Shown here: positions 10,344-20,582 of the stretch, piece by piece
Layout of the letters: each line of letters begins with the position of its first letter
Position numbering within the stretch: the stretch's first letter is position 1
IMG/VR virus record: IMGVR_UViG_3300036985_009306
Span: 96,001-160,000 of that record
Direction: 5' to 3' (one strand)
Length of the DNA stretch: 64,000 bases
Origin: a virus
Notes under the pieces: generated by a model
What the model saw: only the letters and a program-made list of their open reading frames with translations
What the model was told of the DNA's origin: nothing
The model's database searches: none
Position numbers and translations under genes: made by a program

Positions 10344-10625
10344 ATGCGTTCTTTTATCATTATTTTAGCAGCATTATCATTAGTATGTGCTCAAGGAAGG
10401 ATTTATGATTTGCATATTCGTCCTGCAGGTGTTGTTGAGGAATTAAAAGTATTAAATAGCGGTTGTGAAATTTGGGTTAAAACTTCTATGCATGAATATA
10501 TTTTAAATGGATGTTATGAATTAAATGTTAGTGACACTTTATTTGTTTATTGGGTAAATGGAAAAAGTGAATATGTGGGTAGAAAAATGGATAAAAATTT
10601 ATTTAGAATTTTGTCGTCAAAATGA
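10344..10625 (+). CDS. Small secreted protein
   Basis: Signal peptide MRSFIIILAALSLVCA|Q; AGGAG SD. Confidence 0.55.
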   Translation: MRSFIIILAALSLVCAQGRIYDLHIRPAGVVEELKVLNSGCEIWVKTSMHEYILNGCYELNVSDTLFVYWVNGKSEYVGRKMDKNLFRILSSK

Positions 10626-10797
10626 TTTTTAAAACTCATAAAGAATGGTGTGAATTCTCTCCATGTAGTGTTAGAAGCAAAGAAGTATGTGAAATTTGTT
10701 GTTTATCATGGAAAGTTGCTAAACAAGAAGATAAACGAGATAGAGAAGATTGTGAAAATAAAAAAGCAAAAATCAAATTTATAGTAAGTAATCAAAT

Positions 10798-11082
10798 ATG
10801 ATTTATGTTGATGAACTAACAACATATTTATCATGTCAAGTATCCAGTCAAGCAAAAAAATACGGTTTGCAATGGTGTCACATATTTGCAGATTCTGTAG
10901 ATGAACTTCATAAGATGGCAGATTTGATTGGACTTAAAAGAAAATGGTTTCAAAATAAGAAAAATTTCCCTCATTATGATATAATTGCTTCAAAAAGACA
11001 ACAAGCATTATGGTATGGAGCTCAAGAAGTTAAGTTAAAAGAATTTCTTAAAAAGAAAATGTTGGAAAAAACAAATATATAA
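10798..11082 (+). CDS. DUF4031-family protein
   Basis: YVD...WCHIFADSVDELHKMADLIGLKRKWFQ...PHYDI pattern. Confidence 0.8.
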   Translation: MIYVDELTTYLSCQVSSQAKKYGLQWCHIFADSVDELHKMADLIGLKRKWFQNKKNFPHYDIIASKRQQALWYGAQEVKLKEFLKKKMLEKTNI

Positions 11083-11088
11083 ATTAAT

Positions 11089-11967
11089 ATGCAAACTTTT
11101 GAAGAACTCAAAAAATTTCTTGATGATTATTTAAAATTATTAAGTCCAGATAGTTTTTGTACTCTTCTTCGATTTTTCTTCTTTTATTTAGAAAACAAAG
11201 AAAAAGGCCTTGACATTTCAATTCCTTCATCAGTTTTTCAAAAGCATATTTTAGTATCTGATGATAAAAATAGAGTGGAATTTGCTTGGGGTGAATTAAA
11301 CTATTGGAATTTAGTCAAACGGACATACATTCAGAATGCTTATGAGTTAAATATTGGAAAAATATTGAGCACTAATGACAAATTTAGAGTAACTTTAAAA
11401 GATGATGGGATAAAAATTAGAAGGAAAAGAAGTGTTTCAGATTATCTAGAAAAATATATTGAAAGAGTAGTTTCAGGTTTTTCCACTCAAAGATTGATAG
11501 AAAAGGTGACTGAATTAATTTCAGGTCATATTAAATATTTACTTGCTGAAAAGGGCAAGGTAGAGCTTCAAGATATTAAGAATCTTACAGATCCTTTTTT
11601 TGATGTACCTCAAATAATTGTTGAAAAAACTTGCGACATTTATATAAAGAGTTATTATGCAAAGAAGCCCGCAGTTTATATACATGGTATTTTAAAAAAA
11701 ATAAATGAAGAGAAAGATAGTAATGAGAAAGAAGACGTCAAAACATTAAGTCTTAGGCAATATAGGCAAGAATTTGATGAAAGTAATAAGCAATTAGCAC
11801 TTAAAATAGCATTGGGTCAGGTAGAAGACAACAGAGCATATCTAGCATATATCAAGATTAAAGATTTTAAGGGACTTAATAGACTATATGCTTTTGGGTG
11901 CAAGTTATTACTAGAGCAAAAGCGTGAGAATGAGATAAAAAAAGATTATGATTGGATAACAGTTTGA
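11089..11967 (+). CDS. Hypothetical protein (possible replication initiator, by position)
   Basis: 292-aa ORF upstream of the DnaC-like loader and DnaB. Confidence 0.45.
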   Translation: MQTFEELKKFLDDYLKLLSPDSFCTLLRFFFFYLENKEKGLDISIPSSVFQKHILVSDDKNRVEFAWGELNYWNLVKRTYIQNAYELNIGKILSTNDKFRVTLKDDGIKIRRKRSVSDYLEKYIERVVSGFSTQRLIEKVTELISGHIKYLLAEKGKVELQDIKNLTDPFFDVPQIIVEKTCDIYIKSYYAKKPAVYIHGILKKINEEKDSNEKEDVKTLSLRQYRQEFDESNKQLALKIALGQVEDNRAYLAYIKIKDFKGLNRLYAFGCKLLLEQKRENEIKKDYDWITV

Positions 11968-11981
11968 AAATTGGAGGAATT

Positions 11982-12176
11982 ATGAAGAAATGCATGTTTG
12001 AACTTGGAAGTATTGTAAAATTAAAAAGTGGTGGTCCACAAATGACTGTAACTGAGTTGCCTTATAGTAAAAGTGATACAACTGTTGAATGTCAATGGTT
12101 TTCTGTTAGTAATGATCAAGAATGTTGTAGTGAAACTTTCGAAATTCAAAGTTTAGAATTAGTAAAAGAAAAATGA
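11982..12176 (+). CDS. DUF2158/YodC-family protein
   Basis: FELGSIVKLKSGGPQMTV...CQWF. Confidence 0.8.
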   Translation: MKKCMFELGSIVKLKSGGPQMTVTELPYSKSDTTVECQWFSVSNDQECCSETFEIQSLELVKEK

Positions 12177-12910
12177 TCAGTAAAAAAAATTCATTGAAAC
12201 ATGATTTTTGGTCCCATTTTCATCAAATGCTAGAGATTTCTAGATTTGGTAATGAGAAAATTTTTGAAAGATTGAACAACTATAGTTCAATTGACAACTT
12301 TTTTGAAAAAAACTATCTTCTAGCAAATATTCCAGAAAAGTATTTTGATTTTGAATTAAACTCTATAAGAGACAAAATTGAAACAATAGAGTCTAATGTG
12401 GACCAAATAAAGAGGGTTGAAAAGTATATCAATTCCTTAGAAAGTGCAATGAAAAAGGGAACTGGTCTTTATATTTCAGGTTCTCATGGGGTAGGAAAAA
12501 CTGCAATAGCTATTATTATTTTAAAAACAGCAATACAACATTATTACCCCTCATTTTTTAGTCGTTCTACTGAAATTATTCAATTAGTGAGAGATGGATG
12601 GAAAAATGAAGATAAAAAAGCTTATTTATCTTATGTTGTTAATAATTGTTTGTTTTTTGTGATCGATGATATCGGGAGGTTATTTAGTGAAATAAGCGAA
12701 GCCGAGAGATTCAATATTGATGATATTTTCTTAAAAAGAGATGATGCAAATCTTTGTACAATTATTACTGCAAATCATCCTCTTGATACAAATAAAGATT
12801 TGTTAGGTGATGCTTTATATTCAAATTTTAAGGAAAGATTGATAGAAATTAAGTTATTAGGAGAAGATTATAGAAATATTATTAGTGAAACATTGTTAGA
12901 TAAGTTATAG
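12173..12910 (+). CDS. DnaC/IstB-like ATPase (helicase loader)
   Basis: GSHGVGKT Walker A; FFVIDDIG Walker B; IITAN; next to DnaB. Confidence 0.85.
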   Translation: MISKKNSLKHDFWSHFHQMLEISRFGNEKIFERLNNYSSIDNFFEKNYLLANIPEKYFDFELNSIRDKIETIESNVDQIKRVEKYINSLESAMKKGTGLYISGSHGVGKTAIAIIILKTAIQHYYPSFFSRSTEIIQLVRDGWKNEDKKAYLSYVVNNCLFFVIDDIGRLFSEISEAERFNIDDIFLKRDDANLCTIITANHPLDTNKDLLGDALYSNFKERLIEIKLLGEDYRNIISETLLDKL

Positions 12911-12919
12911 GAGAGAAAT

Positions 12920-13315
12920 ATGATTGAACAAGAATTATTATTTGATTTAGAAAAAAGTTTTAAAGACAAATTTAAAGATGTTCAAGTTATATCTCTTGGA
13001 AGTGCATATTTGTTTGATACTCCTCTTTTTAGATTACATTTAGGTAATGATTTAGATGTCAATGATTCAGATTATTGGGAATATTGTAATAAAAGAAATA
13101 ATTTTTTAAATGTAAAAACTTATGTTACGTGTGATAGAGCTTTTCTCAATATTTATTTCTTGAGTGATAAAACAATAAAAAGAGCAAAACTTCTTATAGA
13201 AAAATTTAATATGATTGATCCCAAGACATCTACGCTTGTAATACCATTTACAATAGGATGTGATCCAATGACTAGTGGCTCATATTCAATAGTTAGTTTT
13301 ATGGTTTGCGAATGA
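12920..13315 (+). CDS. Hypothetical protein
   Basis: AGGAG SD; operonic. Confidence 0.55.
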   Translation: MIEQELLFDLEKSFKDKFKDVQVISLGSAYLFDTPLFRLHLGNDLDVNDSDYWEYCNKRNNFLNVKTYVTCDRAFLNIYFLSDKTIKRAKLLIEKFNMIDPKTSTLVIPFTIGCDPMTSGSYSIVSFMVCE

Positions 13316-14787
13316 TAACCAGAAAAAAAGACATAGATCTAGTAACAACACCTCCAACAGATAATGCTCAAAAACCATTTGTTGATGTAATCTTAGAGTG
13401 TAAAGTTCTAAGACTAATGGTATTCGATAATGAATTTGACAATAAATCAGACACAGATGAGATAACTTCAAATATTTCTTATTTAATTTTTCTTGGTCTA
13501 TCAAGAGAAGTTTTTACATCAGATTTAAAACAATGGATCTTTGAAAAAATAATGGAGAATTTTATTACATTCTCTGAATGTATTTCTAAAAGTTTTTTAT
13601 TTGACGAACTCAAAAGTAAATACAAACAACAAGAAGAATATGAACAAAAGAAAGTTGCACTAGAGAAAATATTTTCTTATAGGTTTGAATCAAAATCATT
13701 CAAACCTATGATGGAGAAACTTAAAGAAAAGTACTTCTATAGAAATATTTTAGATATCAATCTTAAAATAAATGAGCAACTAAAACAAGATTTTGTAGAT
13801 GAAAAACATGATGCTTTAGGTTTAGCACAGAATATACAAGATTCTATAAATAAGGTTCTTATAAATACGGGCAAGTTTAGAGTAATAGAAGAAGATATTA
13901 TACAAGATATTCCCAGAGATATTGCAGCATTAAAAGAAAAACGAGAGAATCCTGCAAAATATCAAGGAATACCTACAGGATATAAGAAAATTGATTTAGC
14001 AACAGGAGGTTGGCAGCCTGGAGAATTTTCTTTAATTTTAGGTAGACCAGGAATGGGAAAATCTATTTTGCTTCTTAATTTTGGATATTATGCATATAAG
14101 TTGAATTATAATGTTGTTTATGTAACAATTGAAATGCCATTAACACAACAACGATCTCGATTCACTTCATTAATAACTAGAGTTTCTTATAATAAGGTTA
14201 AATTGCCTCATTTGATGAGTGATGAAGAATTGATTTTAATAGAAAAAAAGTTGTTGAAATTAAAAGAAGAACACAAGAATTATTATTGGTTGATTGATGC
14301 ACCTCAAAATTGTAGTGCACAGTTTATAGATTCTAGAATTACAGCATTTGAAAATGTGACAAACAAAAAGGCACATCTTTTGATTGTAGATCCAATTTAT
14401 TTAATGACTGCAAGTGATAGAAAAGCTGAGGATCCTGTTGGTGCTATTTCATGGGATCTGAAACTTTTAGCTAGAGGTAGAGATATTCCAATTCTTGCAG
14501 CCAGTCAGTTTAATAGAGAATCACATAAGAGACATCAACATGGAAAAGATGTTGATACAATAGATGCTGCATTTACGGATAAATTAGGGCATAACACAGA
14601 TAATATGATTGGAATTACAGGTGATGATGAAACAGCATGTTTGTATTTTCCAAAAACTAGAGATTCAAAAATATCTAAAATGTTTTTCGTTAAAAAATTT
14701 GACGTAATGAGATTTGAATATGACGAAAGAGTTGATGAAGAAAAAAGACCTGCAACATCTGCAGTAGAGAAGGACAAGGATGAGTAG
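13312..14787 (+). CDS. dnaB: Replicative DnaB-like helicase
   Basis: GIPTGYKKID; GRPGMGKS; LIVDPIYLM; ASQFNRE. Confidence 0.92.
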   Translation: MITRKKDIDLVTTPPTDNAQKPFVDVILECKVLRLMVFDNEFDNKSDTDEITSNISYLIFLGLSREVFTSDLKQWIFEKIMENFITFSECISKSFLFDELKSKYKQQEEYEQKKVALEKIFSYRFESKSFKPMMEKLKEKYFYRNILDINLKINEQLKQDFVDEKHDALGLAQNIQDSINKVLINTGKFRVIEEDIIQDIPRDIAALKEKRENPAKYQGIPTGYKKIDLATGGWQPGEFSLILGRPGMGKSILLLNFGYYAYKLNYNVVYVTIEMPLTQQRSRFTSLITRVSYNKVKLPHLMSDEELILIEKKLLKLKEEHKNYYWLIDAPQNCSAQFIDSRITAFENVTNKKAHLLIVDPIYLMTASDRKAEDPVGAISWDLKLLARGRDIPILAASQFNRESHKRHQHGKDVDTIDAAFTDKLGHNTDNMIGITGDDETACLYFPKTRDSKISKMFFVKKFDVMRFEYDERVDEEKRPATSAVEKDKDE

Positions 14788-15034
14788 GTATATTGTGTTG
14801 CCAATTCCAGTTGATGATAGTGTTCCAGAGGGTTATGAATTAATTCTAGCATATGCAAAAGACGACCATGTTGTGATTCCTATGGACTCTAGAGGTTTGC
14901 CAGAAGATGATCATAATTGTGATTGGGAAGGATGTTGTACATTGAGTCATGTTTTAAGTATTAGTCCTCAACAGAAATATGGGTTAGAAAGAACTATTCA
15001 AAAATTAGAAGAATCGGCAAGAAACAAATTATGA
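14780..15034 (+). CDS. Hypothetical protein
   Basis: Start overlaps the dnaB stop. Confidence 0.5.
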   Translation: MSRYIVLPIPVDDSVPEGYELILAYAKDDHVVIPMDSRGLPEDDHNCDWEGCCTLSHVLSISPQQKYGLERTIQKLEESARNKL

Positions 15035-15369
15035 ATAAGCCAACAAAAAAGATGTTACAAGTTTCCATGAAAAAAGAAATACTATTTCTTATGAAATCAA
15101 CCGAATATGAAAAAATAAATTCTGTTTTGGGATATATATCTTATATAAGAAAAAACGGAAACCCATGTTTTAGACAAGTTTCAGTTTCTCGGTCTATAAA
15201 ACATATGTGTTGTAATGCTAAAGAGTTTTTGGAAAATATTAAAGAACATAAAAAACGAGAAGATTTTAGAAAATGTTGTGATTCTTATAATAGATTATTT
15301 GGATTTGTTTCAAACAAAACATGGTTTTATATACCCGTAACGCAAGCAAAATCTTATTTTGGAATATAA
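15031..15369 (+). CDS. Hypothetical protein
   Basis: Operonic overlap. Confidence 0.5.
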   Translation: MNKPTKKMLQVSMKKEILFLMKSTEYEKINSVLGYISYIRKNGNPCFRQVSVSRSIKHMCCNAKEFLENIKEHKKREDFRKCCDSYNRLFGFVSNKTWFYIPVTQAKSYFGI

Positions 15370-15400
15370 CAAAATCATTCTTTAAGGATAAAGGAGAAAT

Positions 15401-16693
15401 ATGCAAATCAAGACAGAAGTTATGCCAACACCCATTAAGTATGTTATTATACTTGATGAAAATGAAATTACTGAAAAAAAAGAAAAAACTTATGAGAAAA
15501 TTAAACCTTCAATAACTGTCAATGGTTTTCGTAAAGGTACTGTTCCACAAGATGTCGCTGAAGATAGATTGGGTGTCGAAAAACTTTATAAATCAATAAT
15601 TGATGAAGTATATGTAGAAGTTGCTTCTAATGAACCCATTGTGTCTTCAAAAGATTTTAAGTTTTATGGTGACTTAAAAAAGAAAGTACCATTTACTATA
15701 GAGTTCATTGCTGATGTAAAACCTAAAGTTGTTTTAGCTTCTTTTGATAAGATTGATGTCAAAATGCAATCTGTGAATATTACTGAAGAAGATTTGAAAG
15801 ACGAAATAAATGTAGAATTAAAGAAGAAACAGAAAATTGAAGATTCAACAAAAGAAATTTTAGATAATTTGGATGTTGCTATTATTGATTTTGAAGGAAA
15901 ACTTGAAGGGGAATGTGTTGCATTTAAAGGTGGTGTTGCTAAAGATTATCAAATTACTGTTAATGAGATTGTTAATGGTAGAAAGCAATTTGTAGGTAAT
16001 TTTGAAGATCAATTGGTAGGGATGAAAGTTGGTGAGTCTAAAGAAGTGAAAGTAAAGTTCCCAGAAGATTATAAACAAGAACTAGCAAACAAAAATGCAA
16101 TATTTAATGTTACTTTGAAGGCTATAAAATCTAAAATTATACCACTATATAATGAGTATTTTGTTAAAGAAAAGGGATTCAAATCGATCAAAGAATATGA
16201 AGAAAATTTAAAGAAAACTCTTTTAGAAAATGGAAAAAAGAGAGTATTAGATGATTTTAAAAAAGATGTTATTGTGCAAATTGTGAAATCTTCAGAGATT
16301 TCACCTATACCTGAAGAGATGGTAACAAGAGAAAATGAAAAAGAGTGGAATTCGTTTTTAAAAAGAATGAATAAGTCTGAAGAACAGATGTCTAAAGATC
16401 ATAAACTCACTAAACAGCATTTTTTTCATTCTAATACTTCGAGATCTTTAGACGTGATTAAGATGAGTTTAGTTATAGAGTCTATTTCTAATACTTATAA
16501 TATTGAAGCAACCGAACAAGATATGATACAATATGCTATAAAGAACAATATTTTAAGAGGTAAGACTGAAGAAGAGGTTAGAAAAGAACTTAATGAAAGT
16601 AAACAACGATATGATTTAGTTAAAACAGCAACAAAAAATGAAAAAACTCTTGAGTTTGTGTATGAACATTTTTTGGAATTGTATTGCCAATAG
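15401..16693 (+). CDS. tig: Trigger factor (ribosome-associated chaperone/PPIase), full length
   Basis: GFRKGTVP ribosome-binding signature; FKBP-like IIDFEG...FEDQLVGMKVGESKEVKVKFPEDY...AIFNVTLKAIK; helical C domain; 430 aa. Confidence 0.9.
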   Translation: MQIKTEVMPTPIKYVIILDENEITEKKEKTYEKIKPSITVNGFRKGTVPQDVAEDRLGVEKLYKSIIDEVYVEVASNEPIVSSKDFKFYGDLKKKVPFTIEFIADVKPKVVLASFDKIDVKMQSVNITEEDLKDEINVELKKKQKIEDSTKEILDNLDVAIIDFEGKLEGECVAFKGGVAKDYQITVNEIVNGRKQFVGNFEDQLVGMKVGESKEVKVKFPEDYKQELANKNAIFNVTLKAIKSKIIPLYNEYFVKEKGFKSIKEYEENLKKTLLENGKKRVLDDFKKDVIVQIVKSSEISPIPEEMVTRENEKEWNSFLKRMNKSEEQMSKDHKLTKQHFFHSNTSRSLDVIKMSLVIESISNTYNIEATEQDMIQYAIKNNILRGKTEEEVRKELNESKQRYDLVKTATKNEKTLEFVYEHFLELYCQ

Positions 16694-16703
16694 ATGTTGA
16701 AAA

Positions 16704-17483
16704 ATGAGAAATTATCTGACAGTTTCTGCTTCTTCATTATCTACATTTTTTAGATGTTCTCAACAGTATAAGTGGCAATATGTAGATGAACTTGAACCTG
16801 ACGAAGGGGTAATTTCATTACCTACTGTTTTTGGGAAAACTTTTCATAAGGCATTAGAATTACATTTTAAGTTTGGTATCAAATTACCTCAAATTATATC
16901 TTCTTGGAAAATTTTGTTTCTTTCTTTTTGTACGGAAACTGGTTTGATCTTACCTGGCGAATATGAGCTGCAAACATTTATAGATAAAGGATGTAAATAT
17001 CTTGATGATTTTTTTGGAATTGAGAAAAGATGGTCAGACTACAAAATATTAGATATTGAAAAATATTTTAAAATACCTTATAAAAATTCCATTCTTAAAA
17101 ATGTTTTTCTGACAGGAAGAATAGATTTGATTTTGAATAAATTTGTAGAAAAAACTGTTGTATGTCTTGATTGGAAAACTTCAAAATACAAAGAAGCTGA
17201 TGTAGACAAGAACATACAGTTGACTTTTTACATCTATTTTATGCATGAGATATATAGATATAATCTTGATTCTGTTTATGCTGCATTAGTGTACCCTTTT
17301 GATCAAGACATTCTTTTTACTCAACGAACAAAAAAAGATTTGGAAGATTTGTTTGCAAAGATCGATATCATGTTAGAAAGAATAGTGAAATCTGATTTTA
17401 GAAAAGAGCCAAAGCTTAATTTTTCACCTGATGATTGTTTTTTTTGTCAATATCAAAGTACTTGCAAAAAAAGGATGATGTGA
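16704..17483 (+). CDS. PD-(D/E)xK exonuclease (RecB/Cas4-like)
   Basis: SASSLSTFFRC...GKTFHKALE...GRIDLI...DWKT...QL..Y...CFFCQYQSTC. Confidence 0.85.
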   Translation: MRNYLTVSASSLSTFFRCSQQYKWQYVDELEPDEGVISLPTVFGKTFHKALELHFKFGIKLPQIISSWKILFLSFCTETGLILPGEYELQTFIDKGCKYLDDFFGIEKRWSDYKILDIEKYFKIPYKNSILKNVFLTGRIDLILNKFVEKTVVCLDWKTSKYKEADVDKNIQLTFYIYFMHEIYRYNLDSVYAALVYPFDQDILFTQRTKKDLEDLFAKIDIMLERIVKSDFRKEPKLNFSPDDCFFCQYQSTCKKRMM

Positions 17484-17485
17484 CG

Positions 17486-17764
17486 ATGAAAGTTCTTGAT
17501 GTAAAGAAATGTCCTGAGTGTGGAGTTGTTGTGTGCTTAGAAGATGATTATTACTCTTGTGCCAATTGCAATTGGATAGTGCACAAAGATGTTGCAACAA
17601 AAGTGTGTTTTACTAAATTGGACATGCTTAATTTTGCAAAATTCTATGAAGAAAAATGTTATGCAAATAAAAGTAATAGTGTTACTGAAGAGTTTAATAG
17701 TTGGTTAAAGGGAGCTCAGAAGAAGCAAGAACAGTGCGACGACAAACAGGTATCTAAATCATAA
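17486..17764 (+). CDS. Zn-ribbon hypothetical protein
   Basis: CPECG...CANC. Confidence 0.5.
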   Translation: MKVLDVKKCPECGVVVCLEDDYYSCANCNWIVHKDVATKVCFTKLDMLNFAKFYEEKCYANKSNSVTEEFNSWLKGAQKKQEQCDDKQVSKS

Positions 17765-17779
17765 AATAAAGGATAAGAT

Positions 17780-18046
17780 ATGGATGTTACAACAAGGAAC
17801 AGTTTGATTGATGTTGATGGGTTGTGCAGGTATCTAAATGCTGATTTAGAAGAAGGAAAAACAGCGAAATTTATTGATAGACCAGAAAATGGTATGGGAT
17901 TTTGTTGTTGGCCTAGTTTAACATTTTGTATGCATGAGGGAAAATTATATCAATTATACACTATAGGTGGAATAGTTGGGTACGATTCTAGAAGGCCAGC
18001 TAATGAAGATCCAAATAAAATATGGGTTAAGGTAAGAGAGATATGA
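17780..18046 (+). CDS. Hypothetical protein
   Basis: AAGGA SD; operonic. Confidence 0.5.
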   Translation: MDVTTRNSLIDVDGLCRYLNADLEEGKTAKFIDRPENGMGFCCWPSLTFCMHEGKLYQLYTIGGIVGYDSRRPANEDPNKIWVKVREI

Positions 18047-19158
18047 TAGATGATTACAAAAAACTTTATGATCGGATTTATGCTAAAATAAATTTGGAGA
18101 AAGTCCTTCTCCATTATAACATAGATCATAAATCTTACCATGGTAGAAAAGGTAAGGAATATCTATGTGCCTGTCCATTTCATGATGACTCTACCCCCTC
18201 GTTTTCAATTATAGATAACAATGGAGTATTTAACTGTTTTGTTTGTGGAGGAGGAGATTTCATAAAGTTTATTAAGAATCTAGAAAAATTTAGTTCAACA
18301 AAAGAGACTTTAGAATTTTTAAAGAAACAAGTAGGTTTAGAAGAAACTGTAGACATTTTTTCTATAGTTAAAAATTCGACAAATGTATTTGTTCAAAATA
18401 ATAAAGAAGAAGTAAAAAATGAAGACGAAGAATTTAAAGAAATAGCATTGCCAAAGAGTGAACCAGCAGAAAATTACTTTGATATTGTTAAAAAAAGGGT
18501 GACTTTGGAGGATATTAAAAAATATGGAATGAGATATTGTATTGATGATCGTATTTTTCATGATAGATTGATTATTCCTGTTTATATTCATGGAAAGTTA
18601 GTCACATTTGCAGCTCGTGATATGTCAGGAAAGGCTGAAATATGGTCAAAAGTTAAGAACATACTTAAACAAAAGAAGTTATCAAAACTAGATAAACAAA
18701 AGTTTATAGACAAATTTTTGTATAAAAAAATATTATATCCTTATGGTACACCAATGTCAAAATTGTTTTTTAATTGGGATGAAGCTATTAAACAAAAGGA
18801 AGTAGTAATTTGTGAGGGTATTTTTGATGCATTAAGGATAATGCAATTTGGTTATAATGCACTGGCTTTATTAAGTTGTCATTTAAATCTTTATAAATCT
18901 AAAGTCCTTATGCAAAATTTTGAAAAAATATATATAGCTTTGGATAATGATGATAAAATAGATATAGATGGAAAAAGGATAAATCCAGGTCAGGATGCCG
19001 CACAAAAGATCATGAAAGAATTTTTGACAGACATACAGGTTTTTAATCTTGTTTTACCTTTTGGTAACGATCCAGATGATTGCTCTAAAAATGAGTTTGA
19101 TCAAGCATTTAATGATTCAAAAAAAATGCAAAATATATTTACATTAGCATTGCAATGA
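18043..19158 (+). CDS. dnaG: DNA primase (CHC2 zinc finger + TOPRIM)
   Basis: CACPFHDDSTPSF...FNCFVCG; ICEGIFDA; IALDND; DPDD. Confidence 0.92.
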   Translation: MIDDYKKLYDRIYAKINLEKVLLHYNIDHKSYHGRKGKEYLCACPFHDDSTPSFSIIDNNGVFNCFVCGGGDFIKFIKNLEKFSSTKETLEFLKKQVGLEETVDIFSIVKNSTNVFVQNNKEEVKNEDEEFKEIALPKSEPAENYFDIVKKRVTLEDIKKYGMRYCIDDRIFHDRLIIPVYIHGKLVTFAARDMSGKAEIWSKVKNILKQKKLSKLDKQKFIDKFLYKKILYPYGTPMSKLFFNWDEAIKQKEVVICEGIFDALRIMQFGYNALALLSCHLNLYKSKVLMQNFEKIYIALDNDDKIDIDGKRINPGQDAAQKIMKEFLTDIQVFNLVLPFGNDPDDCSKNEFDQAFNDSKKMQNIFTLALQ

Positions 19159-19391
19159 TATATTATTAAATTCATAGTATTTAAAAAACATATGAGAATG
19201 TTATGAAATGGAGCATTGTATGAAACATCAGTATTTCTTTTTTAAAACACATAAGTCCAACATCAATCCTCTATTGTACCATATTTACTATTCCTATATG
19301 ATGTTGTTGTAGTCCTCATTCTTGGTAAAAAATAATTTACTGAGAATTACTAGTTCTGTTTATTTAATCACTAGTTATTTAGGAGGACATT

Positions 19392-20582
19392 ATGAAGCTT
19401 TCGGAAAAATTTTTTTCATTATTACCTTCCAATATATCTCATCAAACAACAAAGTTTTTTACTGTTTTTTCTGATCCTTCAGATAAGAAGGCTTATTTTT
19501 CAGGTAAACGTGTCCAATTACTTGAATATGATGAAGCTTTTGGTGAAGGTTTTATGCGGATAACTGAAGAAGAAGCAAGAAAAAAACATGTCGGTAAAAT
19601 AAGGTGTTTGGGTATAGTATCTGATGAATATAGATTGTTAGTTGCTTTTTCAAAGTATTTTAAGTTTGATACTCCTCTTGCTTATGCACTTCCTCAATCT
19701 ATAAAAGTTAAAAAGAGTAGAATTGTTTTAAAAGTTCATAGATTAGAATTGAAGATAGATCAACAACCTTCTGATAGAGATGAAAAAGATTTGATTATAG
19801 CTTATAGAAAAACTGAAGATCAGAAAGAAAAAAATAGATTGTTTAATGTTATTCTTTTTCAAAGAGGAGTAAATGGAAAAACTTGGCATCAAATAATCAA
19901 AAATTATGTTTCCTATAATAGACATAAATTTGTCAATCTTCTGGATAGAACTGAGGACGATTTTTATCAGGATATAGTGATAGCGGTTCAAAAGCAAATT
20001 GCTAAATGGTTTGATCCTAATAAACATTGTTGTTTTTCTACTTATGCTTGGTATGTTATTAATTGTGCATTTCATAGAGTCTTGCAACAACTTTCTACAC
20101 AAAAACGAAAAGTTTCTTCTAATAATGTTGATTTAGATGACCAAGATTCAACCTGGAATGAAACAATTTCTGCTGAAAAAACTTTAATGCCTCAACAAAC
20201 AAGTTTTGAAAATGAGTTTGAACAAAAGAATTTGTGTTCTCAAATTATGAAAATGTTTGAACTTAAAGAAATCAATGCACCTGACAGTTTAAAACAGGAT
20301 TTGTTGAAGATAATTAAAGAAAAATCTACAATGCAAAATTCTTTATATACTTTAGCCAAAAAATACAACATGGAATCTAATGAGATTTTTAAGATTGAAA
20401 TGACTCTTAGAGAAAATTTGAAAAATGCTATGTATAATGATATAATTTTAAATATGCAATATGATATAAATGCTGATGAAGAAATTGCAAAAAAATATAG
20501 AAGATCAAAAGGTCATGTCATAAAGATGAAGAGACAATTAAGTACTATTGTAAAGAAAAAATTGAAAGGTGTTGAAGCATAA
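19392..20582 (+). CDS. Phage sigma-70-like factor with N-terminal extension
   Basis: Region-2-like DDFYQDIVIAV...FDPNK...FSTYAWYVI; C-terminal HTH-like segments. Confidence 0.65.
   Translation: MKLSEKFFSLLPSNISHQTTKFFTVFSDPSDKKAYFSGKRVQLLEYDEAFGEGFMRITEEEARKKHVGKIRCLGIVSDEYRLLVAFSKYFKFDTPLAYALPQSIKVKKSRIVLKVHRLELKIDQQPSDRDEKDLIIAYRKTEDQKEKNRLFNVILFQRGVNGKTWHQIIKNYVSYNRHKFVNLLDRTEDDFYQDIVIAVQKQIAKWFDPNKHCCFSTYAWYVINCAFHRVLQQLSTQKRKVSSNNVDLDDQDSTWNETISAEKTLMPQQTSFENEFEQKNLCSQIMKMFELKEINAPDSLKQDLLKIIKEKSTMQNSLYTLAKKYNMESNEIFKIEMTLRENLKNAMYNDIILNMQYDINADEEIAKKYRRSKGHVIKMKRQLSTIVKKKLKGVEA

Noticed and set aside
16704-17483. Cas4-like nuclease as part of a CRISPR-Cas system
   Set aside because: No other cas genes or array; it sits in the replication operon like common phage exonucleases
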